Assembly (NCBI GenBank): GCA_045586565.1 | Contig: JAZNAO010000006.1 | Coordinates: 1,457-65,456 of the forward strand | DNA length: 64,000 nt | DNA from: Candidatus Enterousia sp. | GTDB taxonomy: Bacteria > Pseudomonadota > Alphaproteobacteria > Rs-D84 | Reading direction: 5' to 3' | Part shown: one piece after another, positions 1-10,600 of the stretch | Position numbering within the stretch: position 1 is the stretch's first letter | How the letters are laid out: the number at the start of each line of letters is the position of its first letter | Notes under the pieces: generated by a model | What the model was told of the DNA's origin: nothing | Databases searched by the model: none | Seen by the model: only the letters and a program-made list of their open reading frames with translations | Program-made: the position numbers and the translations under genes

Positions 1-483
1 AATTCTACGGACAGTCGTGTGACAGATTCGCGCCCAGATATCGAAGACGCGATTATTCGCCGTCGTCGTGTTTGTGAACAATGCGGGGCGAAATTTACAA
101 CTGTGGAACGTATTCAAATGCGCGATTTAATGGTTCGGAAAAACAGTGGAAAACTGGAACCCTTTGATCGTGAAAAATTGCGTCGCAGTATTAAATTGGC
201 GTGTCGTAATCGTGATGTTGGTGATGAACAAATTGAACGATTGGTAACATCTATCAATCGTCGCCTGGAAACCGAGGCCGCAGATGATACAGTCACCAGT
301 TCACTGGTTGGTCAAATGGTGTCTGATTCTTTGTTAAATCTGGACCCGATTGCATTTGTGCGTTTTGTGTCCGTGTATCGCAAATTTTCACGCGTATCTG
401 ACTTTAAAAAGATAATTGATAAAATCCCAGAAGATGACGAAGGGGCGGTGGTATGCAGACTGCCGAAAACATCGCTGTTCTGA
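1..483 (+). CDS. nrdR: Transcriptional repressor NrdR. The 5' end is truncated by the window edge; the reading frame is open from position 1.
   Basis: Second zinc-ribbon CxxC (RRRRVCEQCGAKFTTVE) followed by an ATP-cone-like region. The first CxxC would lie upstream of the window. Stop codon at 481-483. Confidence 0.85.
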   Translation, partial: NSTDSRVTDSRPDIEDAIIRRRRVCEQCGAKFTTVERIQMRDLMVRKNSGKLEPFDREKLRRSIKLACRNRDVGDEQIERLVTSINRRLETEAADDTVTSSLVGQMVSDSLLNLDPIAFVRFVSVYRKFSRVSDFKKIIDKIPEDDEGAVVCRLPKTSLF

Positions 484-485
484 TA

Positions 486-2210
486 ATGAAAAAAATTTTT
501 ACATTTTTAATGGCTTTGATTTTGCCACTGGGTGCTGTGGCGGCAGATTTACCACAGATTTTATCTGATGTCGACGTCAGTTTATACGAACAGATTTTTG
601 TATTACAGGATAAAGAAAAAATTGATACCGCGATAAAGGTGCAAAATCAAATTGCAGACAAATTGCTGATGCACGAAGTTTTATATCAGCGGTATATTTC
701 AGATACATATCGAACACGTGGCAAAGAAATCGCAGATTGGATGGAAAAATATTATTATATGCCAGGTGCATCGCGTATGGAAAAATTGGCAAAAATAAAA
801 AAAGCAAGCGTACGCAAAGCGCGCGTTCCTGCAATGATTTCAGGGTCTGAATCAATAGAGACCGCGCAATCTGAAACGTGGACCGCAAAAAAATATAGTG
901 GCAATGCTGCAAAGAAAATTGATGAATTTAAACGTGCAATTCGCAGTGGTTCAACCAAAGTTGCGCGTCAAATCCTGGAAGACAAATCGTTTAAAAAGAG
1001 TTTGACGGAATCTGACTATGGACGTTTGGCGGGACGTTTATCATATATTTATTATACAAATGGTGAAATGGAGTTGGCAAAAAAGTGGGGATTTGTGGCG
1101 TCTGATGCAGATTCTGAATACGGATTGTGGGCAATGGGATTGCTGTATTTCAAAGAAGAAAATTATATCGAAGCACAAAAATATTTTAGTCGTATCTTAG
1201 ATTTGCCGCAAATCAACAATGCCAGAAAGACCGAGGCCGCATTTTGGGCCGGACGTGCCGCAGATTTCAAAGGTGATATTAAAAATGCACATCGGTATTG
1301 GCAAATTGCTGCCACATACCCGATGGCGTTTTACGGTGCGTTGTCGGCAACAATGTTGGGCCAGCAACCAAAGTATGAATTCTTTGAAAATGATGTAACC
1401 GATGATGATATTACAGAACTGGCAAATACAGAATATGGTAAAATTGCGTTGGCATTATTACAGGTCGGACGCAAAGACAGGGCCGAAGAATATCTGAAAT
1501 ATTTAATTACGTCAAAGGCATCTGACAGAATATTACACGCGGTAAATTCTGTGGCATCGGCATATGGATTGCCCCGTGTATCTGTGCAATCGGCGTCTGT
1601 TATCAAAGACCGTGGCATTTTGGAAATTGATGACGATATTATTTATTCTGCACAATACCCACTGCCTGATTGGGAACCAATGGGTGGATGGTCAATTGAC
1701 CGTGCGCTGTTATTGGCAATCACAAAACAGGAAAGCAATTTTCGTGTGTCTGCAAAATCAGGGGCAGGGGCCAATGGTGTTATGCAATTGATGCCCAGCA
1801 CCGCCAAACGTGTTGCACGCGCAAATAAATTGGATATATCCCAAATGGATATGTCAAACCCAGAACACAATATGTTCTTGGGTCAGCAATATATTGTCGA
1901 TCTGTTGTCGCATCCAAATGTTGAAAACAGCATAATTAAAATGTTGGCGGCATATAATGCAGGTATGGGAACAATGGTAAAGTTTGAAAAATCTTTTTAT
2001 ACATATGACCCATTATTATATATCGAAAGTTTTCCGGCATATGAAACACGCAGTTATATAAAGCGCGTAATGTCAAACCTGTGGCTGTATCGTGCACGAT
2101 TGAATCAGCCGCTATCTTCGATGAAAGAATTAGCAAATGGAAACTGGCCATTATATAACAGCGAAGATGAGTATGTGCAACAGCAAATCGCACAACGTAT
2201 GATGATATAA
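486..2210 (+). CDS. slt: Soluble lytic murein transglycosylase (Slt family), secreted.
   Basis: Signal peptide MKKIFTFLMALILPLGAVAA from the ATG at 486. SLT catalytic motif ...ITKQESNFRVSAKSGAGANGVMQLMPSTA... with superhelical repeats upstream. The ORF-track start at 453 overlaps nrdR and is less likely. Confidence 0.85.
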   Translation: MKKIFTFLMALILPLGAVAADLPQILSDVDVSLYEQIFVLQDKEKIDTAIKVQNQIADKLLMHEVLYQRYISDTYRTRGKEIADWMEKYYYMPGASRMEKLAKIKKASVRKARVPAMISGSESIETAQSETWTAKKYSGNAAKKIDEFKRAIRSGSTKVARQILEDKSFKKSLTESDYGRLAGRLSYIYYTNGEMELAKKWGFVASDADSEYGLWAMGLLYFKEENYIEAQKYFSRILDLPQINNARKTEAAFWAGRAADFKGDIKNAHRYWQIAATYPMAFYGALSATMLGQQPKYEFFENDVTDDDITELANTEYGKIALALLQVGRKDRAEEYLKYLITSKASDRILHAVNSVASAYGLPRVSVQSASVIKDRGILEIDDDIIYSAQYPLPDWEPMGGWSIDRALLLAITKQESNFRVSAKSGAGANGVMQLMPSTAKRVARANKLDISQMDMSNPEHNMFLGQQYIVDLLSHPNVENSIIKMLAAYNAGMGTMVKFEKSFYTYDPLLYIESFPAYETRSYIKRVMSNLWLYRARLNQPLSSMKELANGNWPLYNSEDEYVQQQIAQRMMI

Positions 2211-2224
2211 AATCATATAATTAT

Positions 2225-3106
2225 TTATTGTTCTTCGCCGAAATCCATATCGCGTAATTTTTCGGCCCTGGGCGCAATCTTCGCAACAGATGTCTGCAAC
2301 AGTTCGATATCATTTTGTGCCTGGGCAAAGTGTCGTGAAACGTTCCCCGCACGGTCAGACAGACGCGACAAATCCGTCAACAACATATCCAATTCATGTT
2401 TAATTTTTGCCGCCACGCGTTTGATTTTTATATCAGATAACACTGCGCGAATTGTATTCAGTGTTGCCCACAGTGTCGATGGCGACACAATAAACACCTT
2501 TTTGCGTGCTGCATATTCAATTGTATTTGGAAATTCACGATGCAACATTTCAAATATCGATTCTGATGCAATAAACATCATTGCGGATTCGGCAGTACGT
2601 CCGGCGATAATGTACTTTTCGCCGATTGCATCAATATGCTTGCGCACGTCCAATTCGAATTGTTTGCGTGCCATGCCGTCATTAGTATCCATCATCATCC
2701 GGTTATAACTTTCCAATGGAAATTTACTGTCGATAATCATATCGCCCGGCGGATAGGGCAGGCGGATAATACAGTCCGGTCGTACACCTGATTCCATCAC
2801 GCTTTGAAATGCATATGTTTCTGGTGGCATAATGTCGCGCACCAAATCTTCCAGTTGGCGTTCGCCAAATGTGCCGCGCGCCTGTTTATTGCCCATTAAA
2901 ATGTTTTTAAAGTTCGCAATATCAGAACTGATATTTTTCAATTCAATTGCGTTCTGGCTTAACGCGCCCAGGCGTTCTGCCAACCGTTCGCGCAGTCGCG
3001 CATTGTCTTCGCGCAGGGCCGATATATCAATCGTTGGCCGGCGCATTAAAATCGCAACCAATAAAACAATAATTATTCCCAATAACACAAAAATATAAGT
3101 TGTCAT
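2225..3106 (-). CDS. rmuC: DNA recombination protein RmuC.
   Basis: N-terminal transmembrane segment, coiled-coil, and the conserved C-terminal block DCIIRLPYPPGDMIIDSKFPLESY. Confidence 0.8.
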   Translation of the reverse strand: MTTYIFVLLGIIIVLLVAILMRRPTIDISALREDNARLRERLAERLGALSQNAIELKNISSDIANFKNILMGNKQARGTFGERQLEDLVRDIMPPETYAFQSVMESGVRPDCIIRLPYPPGDMIIDSKFPLESYNRMMMDTNDGMARKQFELDVRKHIDAIGEKYIIAGRTAESAMMFIASESIFEMLHREFPNTIEYAARKKVFIVSPSTLWATLNTIRAVLSDIKIKRVAAKIKHELDMLLTDLSRLSDRAGNVSRHFAQAQNDIELLQTSVAKIAPRAEKLRDMDFGEEQ

Positions 3107-3148
3107 TTCCTAATCCTTTGCTATGATTTATTATAAAGGTAAATAAAT

Positions 3149-3652
3149 ATGTTGCAAATGAAACTTTGTGGTGACTTGATTTTACGCACACAATGTGCGC
3201 CGGTGGTCAATATCACCCCTGACTTATTAAAAACCATGGACGAAATGGTTGAAATTATGCGCGAACAAAATGGTGTTGGCCTGGCCGCGCCCCAGATTGG
3301 CGCATTATCTCGTTTTCTGGTGATGATGGACCCTGATACAGAAACCGTATACAAAATGATAAATCCGAAAATTTTGTCTTATGGGGATAAAAACTGCACA
3401 ATGGAAGAAGGCTGTCTGTCTGTATTGGGTAATGACGGTTTGCCGGTATTTTCAAATGTATCCCGCCCAGAATCCGTGGTTGTATCGTGGACAGATGAAA
3501 ATGGTGAAAACAAAACCGCACAAATGTCGGGTCTGCCGGGGCGGATTGTTCAACATGAAACAGATCATCTGGACGGGAAATTATTTATCGATTACCTGTC
3601 GCCGATTAAACGCGAAATGTTGATGAGAAAGGTTAAAAAGTTTAAAAAATGA
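3149..3652 (+). CDS. def: Peptide deformylase.
   Basis: Motifs GVGLAAPQIG, EGCLS and HETDHLDG. Confidence 0.9.
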   Translation: MLQMKLCGDLILRTQCAPVVNITPDLLKTMDEMVEIMREQNGVGLAAPQIGALSRFLVMMDPDTETVYKMINPKILSYGDKNCTMEEGCLSVLGNDGLPVFSNVSRPESVVVSWTDENGENKTAQMSGLPGRIVQHETDHLDGKLFIDYLSPIKREMLMRKVKKFKK

Positions 3653-4455
3653 AATTGGTTTTAATGGGCACGAATTCTTTTGTTGTGCCAATCTTTGATG
3701 CGATAAAAAATGCAGGCCATGAAATTGTGGCTGTGTTTACGCGCGCGCCAAAGCCCATGGGGCGCAAGCAAATCTTGACACCGTCGCCTGTGCATGTTTG
3801 GGCAAATGAAAACGGATTGACTGTTCACACAAATATTAATGAATATAATTATGCGCCTGATATGGTCGTTGTGATTTCGTACGGTGTGATTTTGCGTGAT
3901 AATGTCCTAAATTCTGCCCCATGCATAAATATTCACCCCAGCATGTTACCAAAATACCGTGGCCCATCACCAATTCGCACAGCCTTGTATAATGGCGATA
4001 CAACGTCGGCGGTATGTTTAATGCAGGTAACACCCGAACTGGACGCAGGTGATATTTACATGTGTCGTGAATTCGACATTGATATTGACGACACAAACGA
4101 AACGGTGGAAAACAAAGTTTCCGAAATTGGTGCCAAAATGATGGTTGATTATTTGGCTAAATCGGACTATTATCCTGCCACGCCACAGTGTGGCGATGTG
4201 ACATTTACCCGAAAATGGACGGGCGATGATGAAATCATAGACTGGTCGCGTGGCGATATGGCGATACACAATCAGATACGCGCACTGGGGTCTGGTCGCA
4301 CCAAGATTAACGGGATAGATGTAAAGATATTAAGAACAAGAATTTGCAACGGCAAACTGGAAATACTGTCAATTCAGCCGGCAGGTAAAAAGCCAATGGA
4401 TTGGAAAAGCTTTGTTAATGGTTTGCGCGGCGCAGATATAGTATTAGGGAAGTAA
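3649..4455 (+). CDS. fmt: Methionyl-tRNA formyltransferase (short form).
   Basis: Formyltransferase motif HPSMLPKYRGPSPI. Translationally coupled to def by an ATGA overlap. Confidence 0.8.
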   Translation: MKLVLMGTNSFVVPIFDAIKNAGHEIVAVFTRAPKPMGRKQILTPSPVHVWANENGLTVHTNINEYNYAPDMVVVISYGVILRDNVLNSAPCINIHPSMLPKYRGPSPIRTALYNGDTTSAVCLMQVTPELDAGDIYMCREFDIDIDDTNETVENKVSEIGAKMMVDYLAKSDYYPATPQCGDVTFTRKWTGDDEIIDWSRGDMAIHNQIRALGSGRTKINGIDVKILRTRICNGKLEILSIQPAGKKPMDWKSFVNGLRGADIVLGK

Positions 4456-4461
4456 AGGAAA

Positions 4462-4644
4462 ATGAGTACAAATAATACACAAGATGATTGTTGCCAGGTA
4501 TGTGAAAAATGTGCAAAATCCAATCAAACATTTTTCTGTTTAGATAGACATTGGTTTTGGCGTGCACTGATGGGGGAAGAACGCGTTCCACAGAATGGAT
4601 GGTGCAATCACTTTAAAAGGTTGGCAAATCAGCACAGCAGATAA
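4462..4644 (+). CDS. Candidate small Cys-rich protein (60 aa).
   Basis: AGGA ribosome-binding site 5 nt upstream of the ATG, directly after the fmt stop. Six Cys residues in CCxxC/CxxC arrangement. Function unknown. Confidence 0.3.
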   Translation: MSTNNTQDDCCQVCEKCAKSNQTFFCLDRHWFWRALMGEERVPQNGWCNHFKRLANQHSR

Positions 4645-4871
4645 AGGTATAATATGGCAGAACGGTTTTGTAAATATAAACAAAAAGACGTCACATACAA
4701 CGAATATAACAAGAATTGTCTTTGTGTTCCCACAGATACTGTGTTGGCGCGCTCAGATGCGCGCATGCATATTGTATCGCTTTCGACGCATCTTTTGCAA
4801 AAGATAAGGCCAAACAATGTCGTGCATGCCTGCGTAAAACCCGCGAAGAAACACAAAAACAAAGATAATAT

Positions 4872-5603
4872 ATGACACGATATAAAGTAATCTTGGAATA
4901 TGATGGCACAGGCCTGATTGGGTGGCAAGAAAACCGCCATGGGCCGTCTGTGCAATCAATTATGAAAGATGCCATTGAATGTTTTTGTGGTGCGCGCGTT
5001 GATGTTGTGGCGGCGGGACGCACAGATGCCGGTGTGCATGCGGTTGCGATGACGGCGCACTTTGACATTGATGGTGAACATGATGCCGAAACCGTTATGC
5101 GGGCATTAAATTTTTATTTGGTAAATAAACCTGTGGCGGTGTTGGATTGTGAAATTGTGCCTGATGAATTTCATGCGCGATTTGATTGTGTCGCGCGCCA
5201 TTATAAATATGTTGTTTTAAATCGTGGGCCGTCACCGGTACTGCAACAAAATCGTGTTTATTGGGTGCCAAAGAAATTAGATGTTGATGCAATGCGTGCA
5301 GCCGCAGAAAAATTAATCGGCAATCATGATTTTACCAGTTTTCGTGCATCTGAATGCCAGGCGAAATCCCCAATTAAAACATTGGACAGAATAGAAATAA
5401 CCCAAAACGGCGACGAAATTATTTTTGAATTTTCTGCGCGTTCGTTCTTGCATCATATGGTGCGTAATATTGTTGGTACACTGATTGAAATTGGTCATGG
5501 TAAACCATATGATATTGATGAAGTGTTGGCGGCAAAGAATCGTGCGGCGGCGGGCCCAACGGCGCCGGCGTCTGGATTATATTTTATGCGCGCAGAATAT
5601 TAA
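4872..5603 (+). CDS. truA: tRNA pseudouridine(38-40) synthase TruA.
   Basis: GAGRTDAGVHA catalytic Asp motif; expected length of 243 aa. Confidence 0.9.
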   Translation: MTRYKVILEYDGTGLIGWQENRHGPSVQSIMKDAIECFCGARVDVVAAGRTDAGVHAVAMTAHFDIDGEHDAETVMRALNFYLVNKPVAVLDCEIVPDEFHARFDCVARHYKYVVLNRGPSPVLQQNRVYWVPKKLDVDAMRAAAEKLIGNHDFTSFRASECQAKSPIKTLDRIEITQNGDEIIFEFSARSFLHHMVRNIVGTLIEIGHGKPYDIDEVLAAKNRAAAGPTAPASGLYFMRAEY

Positions 5604-7546
5604 TGCCATGGCCGATTGGCGGGTGTGTATTTTATACGACCATTTGGGTACATTATAAATCCACCACGCAATATTTTGTGTGCACATTTTTCTGAATCTA
5701 TATTCCAATAAGACACAATATAATCCACACTTTCATCATTGCATAATTTTTGCAGATTATTCATCAGTGGTACGAACTTTTGGATATAAACAATATTGTT
5801 ATATCTGTATACACCGTTGTCGTGTTTGCGACGTGGGTTTGGTGTGTCGATTGCTTCGTTATTTAATTTCTTCCACGTGTTAAACGCAAAGAAATGATTT
5901 GATGCACGTGATTTATTAAATTCCAGTTTCCCATTGTCATCGATAAATCCAACCAGTTCATTATCATGCGTTGTATAAAATATCGGCTTTGGTGTTGTCG
6001 AAACATAAATTGCCCCAGACATGCAAAACACAATACACAAGATAATATTTAATCTGATTTTGTATGGTGTGATTACAATCAAACTAATCAGTCCCAATAT
6101 AAAACACATTATTGCAGCATTTGAAATATGTGGTACGTCAATTACAGACATTGGCAATTGTGCAATCCAATTTGCAATCTGAAATGCCATGTCATAAATT
6201 TGGTGCGCCCAGTTTAATGGGAATAAAATCCCAAACACAGATAACAATGCGCCGATTATAACCAGTGGCATAATTGTCACTGAAAATATAGGCAATAAAA
6301 TTAAATTACCCAGTATGCTGTATGTCGGAATTGTACCAAAATGCATGGCAACAAATGGGGCGGTAAATATCCCGGCCCACACAGATGTTAAAACAGATGC
6401 ATATGTAATCTTTAATATTTTGTTATGTGGCATTTTCGGTTTAACGACGTCATACATCCATACCAATCCAAATACCGCGGCAAAAGATAATTGAAATCCA
6501 GCCTGCATTACATAGTGCGGATTTATCAAAAACATTAATATAAAGACCATTGCAATATTACGCATTGAAATTGCACTGCGTCCGAAAATAAATGCCATAA
6601 ATACCAGTGTTGTCATACAAAACGCGCGAAATGTCGCCGTGTCTGCCCCAGATAAACACATATAAAATAATAATCCCGCCCACGCGCATATTAACGCCGG
6701 GGATTTTGCCGGTATCCGTCGTGTGATGTATGGAATACTGCGGAATATGAAAAAGAACACAACAAATAACCATCCGCCCAGTAATGTCATATGAAATCCA
6801 CTGATTGACCAAATGTGTCCGACACCGGCAGATGTCCAAATTACATCATCCTTTTCTGGAACCATGTTTTTATATCCCAACACCAAACTGTCGACCAAGA
6901 AAGATTCTGATTTGTGGTGAATAAATTCGCGCAGATTTACACTGTTTGCATGATTGATAATTTTCAAATCTGTGACATAACCCGTCGCAGTCAGGTTATT
7001 AAAATATGCATGTCGTGCCCAATCAAATGTTTCTGGCGCAGGCGCCGGTGACATACCGAACAGTCCAACCGTTGCAGATATATTGTCACCGACATTTGGC
7101 ACAATAATATCATCGCCAATTTTAACACGCACGCGTGCCATCCCATTGCCTGCGCGAATATCTGATGCACGTACCGATAAATACAAACGTTTGCCGTCTG
7201 GGGTATAGTCAATTGATTCAACAATCGCATTTATATTATGGTCGTGTAAATCATATTTTAGTTTTGGTGTGTCGACTAAATGTGTATATATGAACGCATA
7301 ACAAAAACCAAAACAGAGCAGGGCAATCCCGCGAATAATATTTGGAATTTTATTCCAGAATATAATTGTAATTAACCCCAGTGTAATTATCGGCAATCCA
7401 ATGATGTATGGTTCGGCCGGCATAGTAAAATATAACGCGGCGCCAAACGCCATTAAAAATGGCACGAACCAAAACAAGTTTTCAGATTGATATTTCCACC
7501 AATTTTTCATATCCAAATTATAGGAATTTATTCTGTTGCCCTGCAA
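5600..7546 (-). CDS. comEC: Competence channel protein ComEC/Rec2 family.
   Basis: 648-aa polytopic membrane protein with DUF4131-like N-terminus and the ComEC competence domain. No C-terminal metallo-beta-lactamase domain is apparent. Confidence 0.7.
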   Translation of the reverse strand: MQGNRINSYNLDMKNWWKYQSENLFWFVPFLMAFGAALYFTMPAEPYIIGLPIITLGLITIIFWNKIPNIIRGIALLCFGFCYAFIYTHLVDTPKLKYDLHDHNINAIVESIDYTPDGKRLYLSVRASDIRAGNGMARVRVKIGDDIIVPNVGDNISATVGLFGMSPAPAPETFDWARHAYFNNLTATGYVTDLKIINHANSVNLREFIHHKSESFLVDSLVLGYKNMVPEKDDVIWTSAGVGHIWSISGFHMTLLGGWLFVVFFFIFRSIPYITRRIPAKSPALICAWAGLLFYMCLSGADTATFRAFCMTTLVFMAFIFGRSAISMRNIAMVFILMFLINPHYVMQAGFQLSFAAVFGLVWMYDVVKPKMPHNKILKITYASVLTSVWAGIFTAPFVAMHFGTIPTYSILGNLILLPIFSVTIMPLVIIGALLSVFGILFPLNWAHQIYDMAFQIANWIAQLPMSVIDVPHISNAAIMCFILGLISLIVITPYKIRLNIILCIVFCMSGAIYVSTTPKPIFYTTHDNELVGFIDDNGKLEFNKSRASNHFFAFNTWKKLNNEAIDTPNPRRKHDNGVYRYNNIVYIQKFVPLMNNLQKLCNDESVDYIVSYWNIDSEKCAHKILRGGFIMYPNGRIKYTPANRPWH

Positions 7547-7588
7547 TGATATTTTTTGTATGATAGAATTCCATAAGGAGGCTCTCTT

Positions 7589-9160
7589 ATGGCAAGATAT
7601 ATATTTATTACTGGTGGGGTTGTATCAAGTTTAGGCAAGGGCGTCGCAGCGGCAGGTTGCGGCGCCCTTCTTCAATCGCGTGGATATACGGTGCATGCGC
7701 GAAAATTTGACCCGTATTTGAATATTGATCCTGGGACAATGTCACCATTTCAGCACGGTGAAGTTTACGTGACAAATGACGGTTATGAAACAGATTTAGA
7801 TTTAGGATATTATGAACGTTTCTTGGGTGCAAAATTATCCAGAAACGATTCTGTATCTGGGGGGCGAATATATTGGGATGTATTAAATGCCGAACGTCGT
7901 GGGGACTATCTGGGTGGTACAGTGCAAATGATTCCGCACGTTTCAAATAAAATAAAAGAATACATTGCTGCACCAACTGATACAGATTTTGTGGTGTGCG
8001 AAATTGGTGGCACCGTAGGCGATATCGAAGGTAAGATTTTCTTAGAATCAATACGTCAATTCGCAAATGATGTTGGTCGCAAAAATGTTATGTTTGTTCA
8101 TTTAACATTGGCGCCATATTTGGAAAAATCAGGTGAATTAAAAACCAAGCCAACCCAGATGTCTGTTCGACAATTACTGGAAAACGGAATCCAGGCAGAT
8201 ATGCTGATTGTGCGAACGCCACGAATGTTGACGGCCGATGAGCGCGATAAAATCGGAATGTTTTGTAATCTGCCATCCAAAAGTGTCATCAGTGGAATTG
8301 ACGTTGATAATATCTATAAAATACCATTGGCATACGAATCCCAACACGTCTTTGACATTATTGCCAATCATTTTGATTTACCACATGCGCGGGGTGACAT
8401 GACGCGATTTGAACGTATTGAACGATATCTGGATGCAGATTTGCCGACGGTCAACATTGGTATTGTGGGCAAATACTTTAATGTCCCAGACGCGTATAAA
8501 TCATTAAACGAGGCCTTGTTTCATTCTGGTATACAAAATAATGTGCACATAAATTTATGTAAACTGGATGCGGAAAAATTCACCCCAGACGATTGTCGCA
8601 ACATGCATGGAATATTAGTTCCCGGGGGATTTGGTGTTCGTGGCACAGATGGTAAAATTGCCGCTGCAAAATACGCACGTGAAAACAAAATTCCATATAT
8701 GGGGATATGTCTGGGGATGCAGGTTGCAGTTATTGAATTTGCGCGCAATGTATTGGGTATTGATAATGCAAATTCGTCAGAATTTAGTTCTGATTGCACC
8801 CCGGTGATTGGGATTATGTCAGAACACAATGCAGAAAATATGGGTGGCACATTGCGATTGGGCGCATACCCATGCAATATAACACCAAACACATTGGCGC
8901 ACCAGATATATAATACAACACAAATATCCGAACGGCATCGCCACAGATACGAAATGGACATATCTTTAGAGAAACGCTTTGCCGATGCTGGTATGATAAT
9001 ATCTGGGCGCAGTCCCGATGGAACATTGCCGGAAATGATTGAGCTTTGCAATCATCCCTTCTTTATTGCGGGTCAATTTCACCCAGAATTTCAATCGTCG
9101 CCATACACGGGCCATCCGATGTTTAATGCATTTGTATCTGCGGCAAAAAAACAAATATAA
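7589..9160 (+). CDS. pyrG: CTP synthase.
   Basis: N-terminal synthetase domain (GGVVSSLGKG) and class I glutamine amidotransferase motif GICLGMQ. Confidence 0.95.
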   Translation: MARYIFITGGVVSSLGKGVAAAGCGALLQSRGYTVHARKFDPYLNIDPGTMSPFQHGEVYVTNDGYETDLDLGYYERFLGAKLSRNDSVSGGRIYWDVLNAERRGDYLGGTVQMIPHVSNKIKEYIAAPTDTDFVVCEIGGTVGDIEGKIFLESIRQFANDVGRKNVMFVHLTLAPYLEKSGELKTKPTQMSVRQLLENGIQADMLIVRTPRMLTADERDKIGMFCNLPSKSVISGIDVDNIYKIPLAYESQHVFDIIANHFDLPHARGDMTRFERIERYLDADLPTVNIGIVGKYFNVPDAYKSLNEALFHSGIQNNVHINLCKLDAEKFTPDDCRNMHGILVPGGFGVRGTDGKIAAAKYARENKIPYMGICLGMQVAVIEFARNVLGIDNANSSEFSSDCTPVIGIMSEHNAENMGGTLRLGAYPCNITPNTLAHQIYNTTQISERHRHRYEMDISLEKRFADAGMIISGRSPDGTLPEMIELCNHPFFIAGQFHPEFQSSPYTGHPMFNAFVSAAKKQI

Positions 9161-9184
9161 AATCCCCCGTCTGGGGGATTTTCT
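9161..9184. terminator. Bidirectional intrinsic terminator between convergent pyrG and skp-like.
   Basis: Hairpin ATCCCCCGTCTGGGGGAT followed by a T tract. Confidence 0.7.
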
Positions 9185-9849
9185 TAGAAACCTTGTGGTT
9201 TGTCCATTTTGACCTTGGATACTTTTTTATCCAATGCCTGGATTACTTCGTTTGTAATGTCCAGATTTTCTGTGTTTGCACCTGTGCGCGCCATACGACC
9301 GTCGATTACCAATGACAGTTGTTTTTTATCAATGATACCTTCGATAACCGGGTCCAGATGTTTTACCTGAATATCATTCAATGCCTTTTGGAAAGACATT
9401 TCAACACTCTGTGCACGTTCGGTCAATTCGCGTTGCAGATTTGTCACTTTGTTTTGATAGTCAACAACGCGACGTTGTAATGCTTCACGTGACAGAACGT
9501 CTTGTGATTTTTCGATTTCTTCCTTTTCTTCTTCCAGTTCTTTCTGCTTTTTTGTCAATTCATCACGCAGTTTACTTTCATATGATTCTTTCTGTGCGCG
9601 TAAATCAGCCAACGCCACAGCATCATTTTGAATTGCGTCCATACGTATAACCGCGATACGCAGGTTTGCCGCGCTTGCGGCATCTGTGGTTACGACTTCC
9701 ATTGCATCGGCAACAGATGCGCCCGTATCAGAATTTAATGCCGATACCCCCCATACACCCAATGCCGCGACTGCGATAACAACCGCCGCCACAATGCCAG
9801 TTTTTTTATAGTTTTTTACAACCTGATTTTCATTTGATTTTTTTACCAT
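9184..9849 (-). CDS. OmpH/Skp-like periplasmic chaperone.
   Basis: N-terminal membrane or signal segment, long E/K-rich coiled-coil, and a C-terminus (DITNEVIQALDKK) resembling Skp. Confidence 0.6.
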   Translation of the reverse strand: MVKKSNENQVVKNYKKTGIVAAVVIAVAALGVWGVSALNSDTGASVADAMEVVTTDAASAANLRIAVIRMDAIQNDAVALADLRAQKESYESKLRDELTKKQKELEEEKEEIEKSQDVLSREALQRRVVDYQNKVTNLQRELTERAQSVEMSFQKALNDIQVKHLDPVIEGIIDKKQLSLVIDGRMARTGANTENLDITNEVIQALDKKVSKVKMDKPQGF

Positions 9850-9916
9850 TTTTCCGTCCTTTATGTTTTGTTATACGTATACTATAACAACAAAAAAATA
9901 AAATGAAAAGGGAAAG

Positions 9917-10600
9917 TTATCTGGCGGGACTAAGCCTGATTTCAACCCGTCGATTGGTCAAACGACCGATGTCATCTTGTGCGGCGATGGGGCGTGCCGC
10001 GCCACGACCAACGATAAACATACGTGCCGTACTGATATCGTGTTGTGCCATATATACGCCAACGCGTTTCGCCATATCAATCGATAGCGCATATGCCGCA
10101 TTTGTGTCACGCATTGCATCTGTATATCCTGCGATTTCAATAAAAGTTGCGTCATATTGTTTTAATATTTTTGTAATAATTTTCAATGTATCATCACCTG
10201 TTGATGAAATATCGGCAATATCTAATTCCATAATCGCATCCCGTACCAGTATAACAACCACATCCGTTCCGGCACGTTGCACAGAAATCCCCGGCTTGCG
10301 CAGGGCGTCATACAATGCGTATTCCAGGCTTTTCATATATTGTGTTGCAATGATATTGTCGTTTGTTGTTTTGTCACCATATGATAATGTGTCGTCTGCA
10401 TCAACTGCGTCACCCACCAATTTGCCGCCTGCGCCCAGATATACAGGTCGCTTTGCGACGCGTGACATTTCGGTCATATCCGTCCAACTGGCGCCATTTA
10501 AATATTGTGACCATGTTTGTCTGTCTGGGCTGGTATACGGCATACACCCATTTAGTATGCTAAATAAAGATAATATAAAAATAAATTTTAATTTATTCAT
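9917..10600 (-). CDS. OmpA-family (Pal-like) peptidoglycan-associated lipoprotein.
   Basis: Lipobox ...ILNGC. C-terminal OmpA_C-like domain (GYTDAMRDTNAAYALSIDMAKRV ... NRRVEIRL). Its start codon directly abuts the stop of the upstream pilin gene. Confidence 0.7.
   Translation of the reverse strand: MNKLKFIFILSLFSILNGCMPYTSPDRQTWSQYLNGASWTDMTEMSRVAKRPVYLGAGGKLVGDAVDADDTLSYGDKTTNDNIIATQYMKSLEYALYDALRKPGISVQRAGTDVVVILVRDAIMELDIADISSTGDDTLKIITKILKQYDATFIEIAGYTDAMRDTNAAYALSIDMAKRVGVYMAQHDISTARMFIVGRGAARPIAAQDDIGRLTNRRVEIRLSPAR

Noticed and set aside
453-485. ORF-track start of slt at 453, overlapping nrdR by 31 nt.
   Set aside because: The ATG at 486 gives a canonical signal peptide (MKKIFTFLMALILPLGAVAA) and avoids the overlap, so 486 is preferred.
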